From Blastocatellia bacterium (lineage in GTDB: Bacteria; Acidobacteriota; Blastocatellia; RBC074), in contig JAEUQN010000004.1 in assembly GCA_016789725.1 (NCBI GenBank), forward strand, positions 99 to 64,098: 64,000 nucleotides of DNA, given 5' to 3'. Numbering within the stretch: position 1 is the first letter of the stretch; each line of letters starts with the position of its first letter. A program made the position numbers and the translations under genes. Shown here in pieces: positions 59,174 to 64,000 of this stretch. The notes beneath the pieces were generated by a model. That model saw only the letters and a program-made list of their open reading frames with translations, did not search any database and was not told where the DNA came from.

Positions 59174-59293
59174 GTAGTTTGGTTATTTTCGCAGCAACGG
59201 ATGAACGTCTATTGCCCATACTCGTAGCTCATTTTTCGGCGTAAGTTCCACACAATGTCATAACTCTTGTCAAGGATCATCTCGAAAAACTCG

Positions 59294-60733
59294 TCAAAGT
59301 TTGCGCGAAGAAAAATGCCGTTGCGCTTGCGAACGATACTGATTCCACTGCGTAGGCAAGCCCGATTTAGTAGCCAGCAAAATTTCCAAAATAGCGCGGC
59401 GATCTTTGGGTGAAAGTTTGGCGTAGGCGGGAGATTGATCCTGTCCTGTTAAGACTTCCAGCAACCGACGATAGACATATTCTTTCGCGGGCGCGGGCAA
59501 GGCCTCGAACGCTTCAGAGTAAATCAGATAGCTGCACGGATATTTGAAGAGCCGCGTTTGCAAATCGAATTCGCGCAGCGAACGTCCGCGCTTGTCGTGC
59601 GGCCCGCGCGCGGCGAATTCCTCGGCAAACGACGTGCTGCCCTGAATGCGAGTGCCGAGCGGCGCTTCGTTTACAAAAAGCAGATACCGCACCAATTCTT
59701 CGGCAGGGGCTTCAAACTTGCGCCGCGCGGCTTCGGATATTTCGTGCGCGGGCAGCCCTGCCGCTTGGTTGCGAATGGCATCTTCGTGCAGCGCCAGACG
59801 GGTCTGATAGTTCGTGAGCGTAATCAGATTGTGCATCTGTGTCTGATGCGCCTGCACGAGTTGTGCCACGATGTCGCTGTGCGGCGTGAGATAGGGTGAG
59901 GTATCAAATCGTTTCGTCAGATCATTCAAGTTGGCCCCGGCGGCACGGTCAAGCTCTTCGGGATTTTCCTTATTGGTCACGACCACATTGCCCAGATGTG
60001 TTTGCTCGCCGTGTTTGCCCGTCACGTACCAGCCGCCAAAGCGTTCGCTCAAGGGGCTTTCGTTCCCGGTCACAAACGACGCGGCGCGCGTGGCCTGTGT
60101 GCCGGAAGGATTGGTGTAGACCGAACGCACAAACACACCGGGTACGCCGCGCGTGGCTGCCGCTACGTGGCATTGCGTGCAATCCAATTCGGCGCGCTCA
60201 AACGTGGGGCGTTCCAGCTTTTCAGTATCCGTTTCGTTGAGCTTTTGCTCGTCGAGAATATAAAAAATCGCGCCTTGTACCGGATCGAACGAAGCGATTT
60301 CCAAGACCTTGCCTTCTTTCACCCAACCGACATACACATCGTCATTGAAGTACAAGGCACGCGGCGTTTGAGGCGAAATTCTCTTGTACTGAAAACTCGT
60401 TTTGGAAAAGACGAGCGTTTGCGAATTGACGGGAATATTCAATTCCTTCAGGACGGATCTCAGATAGCCAGTTCCCGGCTCAAATTTCAGGCGCACTTCG
60501 CCCTTGTCAATGCGCTGTTGTAATTTCGCTACCGGATCATTGACCGGCGCAGTGCGATAGTTGATCGGCGCTTCGCTGAACGGCACGAAGCCCTGATTTC
60601 TAACCGCGATTTGTCCGTGCAACGGCAACGCCAACACGCCCAACACCAATGCACAGGCAACGATCAGCAGCTTGGTTGTTATGGTTTTAGAATTTGTTTG
60701 CATACGCATCTCCACAGTAAGTTGATGATTCAA
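59294..60733 (-). CDS. secreted hypothetical protein with a single CXXCH heme-c motif
   Basis: Signal/TM segment (LLIVACALVLGVLALPLHG). Contains ELDCTQCHVAAA. No family recognised. Alternative starts at 60709 and 60703. Confidence 0.65.
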   Translation of the reverse strand: MNHQLTVEMRMQTNSKTITTKLLIVACALVLGVLALPLHGQIAVRNQGFVPFSEAPINYRTAPVNDPVAKLQQRIDKGEVRLKFEPGTGYLRSVLKELNIPVNSQTLVFSKTSFQYKRISPQTPRALYFNDDVYVGWVKEGKVLEIASFDPVQGAIFYILDEQKLNETDTEKLERPTFERAELDCTQCHVAAATRGVPGVFVRSVYTNPSGTQATRAASFVTGNESPLSERFGGWYVTGKHGEQTHLGNVVVTNKENPEELDRAAGANLNDLTKRFDTSPYLTPHSDIVAQLVQAHQTQMHNLITLTNYQTRLALHEDAIRNQAAGLPAHEISEAARRKFEAPAEELVRYLLFVNEAPLGTRIQGSTSFAEEFAARGPHDKRGRSLREFDLQTRLFKYPCSYLIYSEAFEALPAPAKEYVYRRLLEVLTGQDQSPAYAKLSPKDRRAILEILLATKSGLPTQWNQYRSQAQRHFSSRKL

Positions 60734-60753
60734 AGCTCACCGCGTATCTGTTT

Positions 60754-61272
60754 TTATTGCGGATTTTGAATTTCGAGGGGTACTTCCAACTTCACCGCTT
60801 TAGGAGGCAGGCAAAGTCCCGTCGTACAGGCTTGATAACGCACTTGCACAATCAACGTTTGCTTTCCCGCGCTTGCATTGGCCTCGACGACAAACGGAAC
60901 GGTGAAGGTTGCAGCGTGTTCGTAATACTCCAAATCCGTATTGAAATTGTTGTCGAAGGCGCGCAACGGTTTGGGTGCGACAATCTCTCCAGCCAGCGCA
61001 AAAGCTTGTCCGGTCGCCGCACTAAAACGCGTAGGGCGCGGCCCAAGCTCAATTTCTTTAGTCGAATACAAGTGCCAGTTTTCTTCGATGGTGGCGACGA
61101 TTTGCACAGCAAACTTTTCACCAATCTTCAACGCACGCGCCGACAAGTCAGACTTGACAGCCCATTTGATCGGATCGAGTTTGCGCGAATCGCTTTGTCC
61201 CAAGACCGTCATTGTCAAGATAAGAAGCAACCCTGCGCCGTGTGTCAGGTGCAGAAAATATTTTTTCATCAT
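60754..61272 (-). CDS. secreted DsbD N-terminal (alpha) domain-like thiol-disulfide protein
   Basis: Signal peptide. WHLYS block and the C-terminal YQACTTGLCLPP cysteine pair are typical of the DsbD-N/DsbC-corrector domain. Confidence 0.7.
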   Translation of the reverse strand: MMKKYFLHLTHGAGLLLILTMTVLGQSDSRKLDPIKWAVKSDLSARALKIGEKFAVQIVATIEENWHLYSTKEIELGPRPTRFSAATGQAFALAGEIVAPKPLRAFDNNFNTDLEYYEHAATFTVPFVVEANASAGKQTLIVQVRYQACTTGLCLPPKAVKLEVPLEIQNPQ

Positions 61273-61299
61273 TGGTGTAATGAGTTTGATGGAATTCTC

Positions 61300-61390
61300 T
61301 TTTCACCACAGAGACACAGAGCGAACACAGAGGTACTCAGAGATTTACTCCGTGCAACTCTGTGCCTCCTCTGTGTCTCTATGGTGAAAA
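61300..61390. repeat. 91-nt palindromic 'cacagag' element (REP/MITE-like)
   Basis: ttttcaccacagagacacagagcgaacacagagg versus the reverse complement of ctctgtgcctcctctgtgtctctatggtgaaaa. It fills the TlpA-like / DsbD-N-like intergenic gap. Confidence 0.7.
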
Positions 61391-61399
61391 AAATCATCG

Positions 61400-62695
61400 C
61401 TATCGGCTATTCGCTTTCGATACCGCAGCCGCTTCCACAGGGCGTTCCGCTAACAATTTTTCAATGGTGGCGACAAAGTCGGCTTTCAGTTGTTCGTGAT
61501 AGATGCCGCTCGCGGGTGCGGCAAACCCCGCGTGAATCTTTTTCACCTTGCCATCACGTCCGATGAAGAATGTCGCCGGCCACGTGTTCAGATTCACGCC
61601 TTGCGGCACTTTTTCCCACATCTCGACTGGCGCGCCCGCCAATAAATACGGATATTGCACGCCATATTTTTTCACGAAGGCTTTGGCGCGATTGAGTTCG
61701 TCCTGTTGCTCTGGTTCTTCAAAATCCAGCGCGACGATTTCCAATCCTTTGTCTCGGTATTTCTTGTCGAGTTGCACGAGGTATTGCGCTTCATCGTGGC
61801 AATTCGGGCACCACGTTCCCGTCACGACTGCGATGATGACTTTGTCTTTGGAGCGGGCGTCCGTGTTGGAAACGAGTTTGCCATCGAGATCAGGGAAGCT
61901 GAATTTGAAGACTTCGTTTGGATCACGCACGGTGGTGTGTGCGGTGAAGTTGGCGGGTTCAGGCAAGCCTTTCGCGCGGGCGACTTCAGGACGATACGCG
62001 ACCAGCTTGCCTTGACGCGGCCCACCGCCGCCTTGCAGCAGGTTCAGTGAACCATCCGTAGCAGGCGTGATTTCAAGGCGTAGCGGACGCGAACCATCAA
62101 AATGGCTGAGGACGAACTTGTCGCCTTTCCAGGAGCCGGTCAGCGAGCCGGTGTCACCATCCACGCGCAGAATCGCCGCTGATACTTCCGCACCTTTTTG
62201 TTTCACGATGAAGCGCCACGCCTTTTCGCCTTTTTGGCTTTCGTACGGGATTTCCCACAAGCCATCAATCGAAGGCACGTTGGTCGCGGCGACAGCAGGA
62301 CGAGCAACATAGCGTTCCGCTTTGAATGGGCTGCCCGCGCTGTCCTTGTCCTGACGGGTTTGCAGTTTGCCTTCAAGCTTGCCGTCCTTGAGCGTCGCGA
62401 CGATTTTGGTCAGGTAATGCTCAAAGTGCAGCACCAGTGTGCCGTTCTCGAATTTGGCGTTCGTGGTGGTCTGCGGCACATCGCCATTGTAGACCGTCGC
62501 TTTGACATTCGCGCCCGTGCCGGAAAGATCAAGGCGGAACGGAATTTCCGCCTCGCGAATCGTGACGCTCGCATCCCAGCGCCCTTCTATCTTCTCGTTG
62601 CCATTGGTCGCTGCGAGCGCAAAGCTGCTCAGCCCTGTTAATACCAGCAGCAGCGCCAGCAAGTGACGAGATGATCTGCTTGTAAATTTACTCAT
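61400..62695 (-). CDS. secreted TlpA-like thioredoxin-fold thiol:disulfide oxidoreductase with ~270-aa N-terminal extension
   Basis: Signal peptide. The C-terminal thioredoxin fold has the active site WCPNC (VTGTWCPNCHDEA). Confidence 0.85.
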   Translation of the reverse strand: MSKFTSRSSRHLLALLLVLTGLSSFALAATNGNEKIEGRWDASVTIREAEIPFRLDLSGTGANVKATVYNGDVPQTTTNAKFENGTLVLHFEHYLTKIVATLKDGKLEGKLQTRQDKDSAGSPFKAERYVARPAVAATNVPSIDGLWEIPYESQKGEKAWRFIVKQKGAEVSAAILRVDGDTGSLTGSWKGDKFVLSHFDGSRPLRLEITPATDGSLNLLQGGGGPRQGKLVAYRPEVARAKGLPEPANFTAHTTVRDPNEVFKFSFPDLDGKLVSNTDARSKDKVIIAVVTGTWCPNCHDEAQYLVQLDKKYRDKGLEIVALDFEEPEQQDELNRAKAFVKKYGVQYPYLLAGAPVEMWEKVPQGVNLNTWPATFFIGRDGKVKKIHAGFAAPASGIYHEQLKADFVATIEKLLAERPVEAAAVSKANSR

Positions 62696-62791
62696 ACGGT
62701 TTGTTCCTTTCGTAAAAGTTATGGGTGATTGGTTTTCAGTGTTTACTCGAATCGCAATTGATCCGAATGTGTCTGTGCATAAAGCATTGCC

Positions 62792-64000
62792 TCAGAAGTT
62801 AAATTTGAATCCGAGTTGAAATTGACGGGCATCAAGGGCGACCGGATTGCGCAGCGAAAAATCCGGCAACGCCGCCGTCAAACTGCCATCGGCATTCGTC
62901 GTGACAACGCTGTTGATTTGAAACACGCTGCGTTGATTGAAGACGTTAACGAATTCCGCAATCACCTCGGCATTGAACCGTTCGGTGAAAGTCAGATAAC
63001 GAGTAAAGCGAAAATCCACATTCTTCTGCTTTGGCGTGCGTCCCGTGTTGCGCCCAATAAATAAAGGGCGATCCGAGCCGGTCACGCCGTCCGCATTCAA
63101 ATCCAGATTGCTGGTGATATTGAAAGTCTCGCCGCTGTTGGTAGTTGCAATCACACCAATCTGATTGTCATTGACCAGCCGCTTGAGGAATCCATTTTGA
63201 ATGTCGAAGATCGGGCGTCCGACAAAACTCAGCACAAAGGTGTGGCGTTGATCCGCAACCGAATTGCCGCGATCTCGACGACGATTGGTCGGATCAGATA
63301 ACACCGCGTCCGTCACCGCTACGAGGTTCTGCTCCGGGGCATCGTCAATCGAATGTGACCAGGTGTAATTGGCACTGAATTGATAGCCTTTGGCAAAGCG
63401 GCGTGTAAGCTGCAAAGTTCCGGCGTTGTAATCCGAATTGCCGACCGATTCCGCCAGCAGCACGTTATTGAAATTCGGGAAGCGGCGCGTGTTGGCATTA
63501 ATCGCGGTATCAAACCTCGGACGACCATCCGCCAACGTGGCAATCGGGTTAATCGGATTGATGTTGCGATAAATAGGCAGGTGATTGCCGCGCGAACGAA
63601 TGCCGCCAATCGTCAGCGAGAAATTTGGCGAGAGTGCCTGCTCAAGCTGCACGTTCGTGTGAAGCGCGACCAGATTTACAAAATCAGGCGACACGCCCGT
63701 GATGCTCTGGCGCGGCGTGGCGACGCCTGCGGGCAGGCTGCCAAGTGTGCCAGGAAAACGCGGCGCGCCGGGACTGGTCGGATTAAAGCTGTAACTGAGA
63801 AATCGGGGATTGCCGTTGCCCTGCAACGCGCGCCGATACACGTCAATCAGCGGCGGATCGTAATACAACCCTGCACTGGCGCGAATAACCGTCGGACGAT
63901 CCCCCGTGCGCAGGCCATAGACAATGCCGAGGCGCGGCGCAAAATTGTTTTTGTCCAGCTTGAAATCTTGCGACAAGGCTAACGGCGAACTGGCATCCGC
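62792..64000 (-). CDS. TonB-dependent receptor, C-terminal part (gene continues beyond the window end)
   Basis: Beta-barrel sequence ending in QFQLGFKFNF. The frame stays open to base 64000, so the M at 63976 is internal. Confidence 0.85.
   Translation of the reverse strand, partial: ADASSPLALSQDFKLDKNNFAPRLGIVYGLRTGDRPTVIRASAGLYYDPPLIDVYRRALQGNGNPRFLSYSFNPTSPGAPRFPGTLGSLPAGVATPRQSITGVSPDFVNLVALHTNVQLEQALSPNFSLTIGGIRSRGNHLPIYRNINPINPIATLADGRPRFDTAINANTRRFPNFNNVLLAESVGNSDYNAGTLQLTRRFAKGYQFSANYTWSHSIDDAPEQNLVAVTDAVLSDPTNRRRDRGNSVADQRHTFVLSFVGRPIFDIQNGFLKRLVNDNQIGVIATTNSGETFNITSNLDLNADGVTGSDRPLFIGRNTGRTPKQKNVDFRFTRYLTFTERFNAEVIAEFVNVFNQRSVFQINSVVTTNADGSLTAALPDFSLRNPVALDARQFQLGFKFNF

Noticed and set aside
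54841-59293. SAM/S-box or other sulfur-responsive riboswitch in the leaders of the sulfur genes
   Set aside because: The leaders are short (about 90-150 nt) and I could not recognise the conserved helices or kink-turn of SAM riboswitches by eye. An Infernal/Rfam scan would be needed to exclude this formally.
60757-61566. 269-aa plus-strand ORF spanning the DsbD-N-like gene, the palindromic repeat and the TlpA-like 3' end
   Set aside because: It runs antisense to two well-supported genes and through a repeat element, and no motifs are present.

Overview
This is a 64-kb chromosomal segment, by eye about 55-58% GC with several lower-GC inserts. I found about 58 protein-coding genes and no rRNA, tRNA or CRISPR array. 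The gene content points to an Acidobacteriota-type soil bacterium (inference): CarboxypepD_reg-type TonB-dependent receptors ending in Phe, a PEP-CTERM remnant, many Tat-leader oxidoreductases, and 'cacagag' palindromic intergenic repeats. All family calls rest on motifs read from the supplied translations and recalled from memory; no searches were run. The main finding is at 51.3-59.1 kb on the minus strand. It is a Family 2A encapsulin shell gene whose stop overlaps the start of a cysteine desulfurase. That desulfurase carries a ~255-aa Pro/Ala-rich N-terminal loading domain with a LARFANQIY motif. The pair sits in a co-directional sulfur-acquisition block: a Tat-leader DOPA-dioxygenase-like gene, a 3-Cys Rrf2 regulator, sbp-cysT-cysW with no cysA, and a thymidylate-kinase-like gene with a degenerate P-loop. 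A thiol-redox cluster lies directly upstream (TlpA-like, DsbD-N-like, a CXXCH protein, a TonB receptor). The second notable locus is at 20.2-25.0 kb. Two tandem secreted paralogs share a VHL-beta-like N-terminal module fused to different C-terminal domains (CAP/SCP, or bulb-lectin plus HEFGH metalloprotease). They are divergent from a ToxR/CadC-like membrane regulator carrying two PA-IL (LecA)-like lectin domains, and the shared promoter region holds helically phased GGATTTTT repeats. Other observations: two type II TA pairs embedded around an S55-peptidase/beta-propeller gene pair; at least three copies of a 'cacagag' hairpin repeat plus two other long intergenic inverted-repeat elements; and a decayed islet with a transposase fragment, a frameshifted PEP-CTERM tail and a low-GC ORF. 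There are also several pseudoenzymes and gene remnants. The rest is ordinary metabolism and transport, including acs-actP-DUF485, IorAB-type molybdoenzyme, ADH, AKR and hydrolases.
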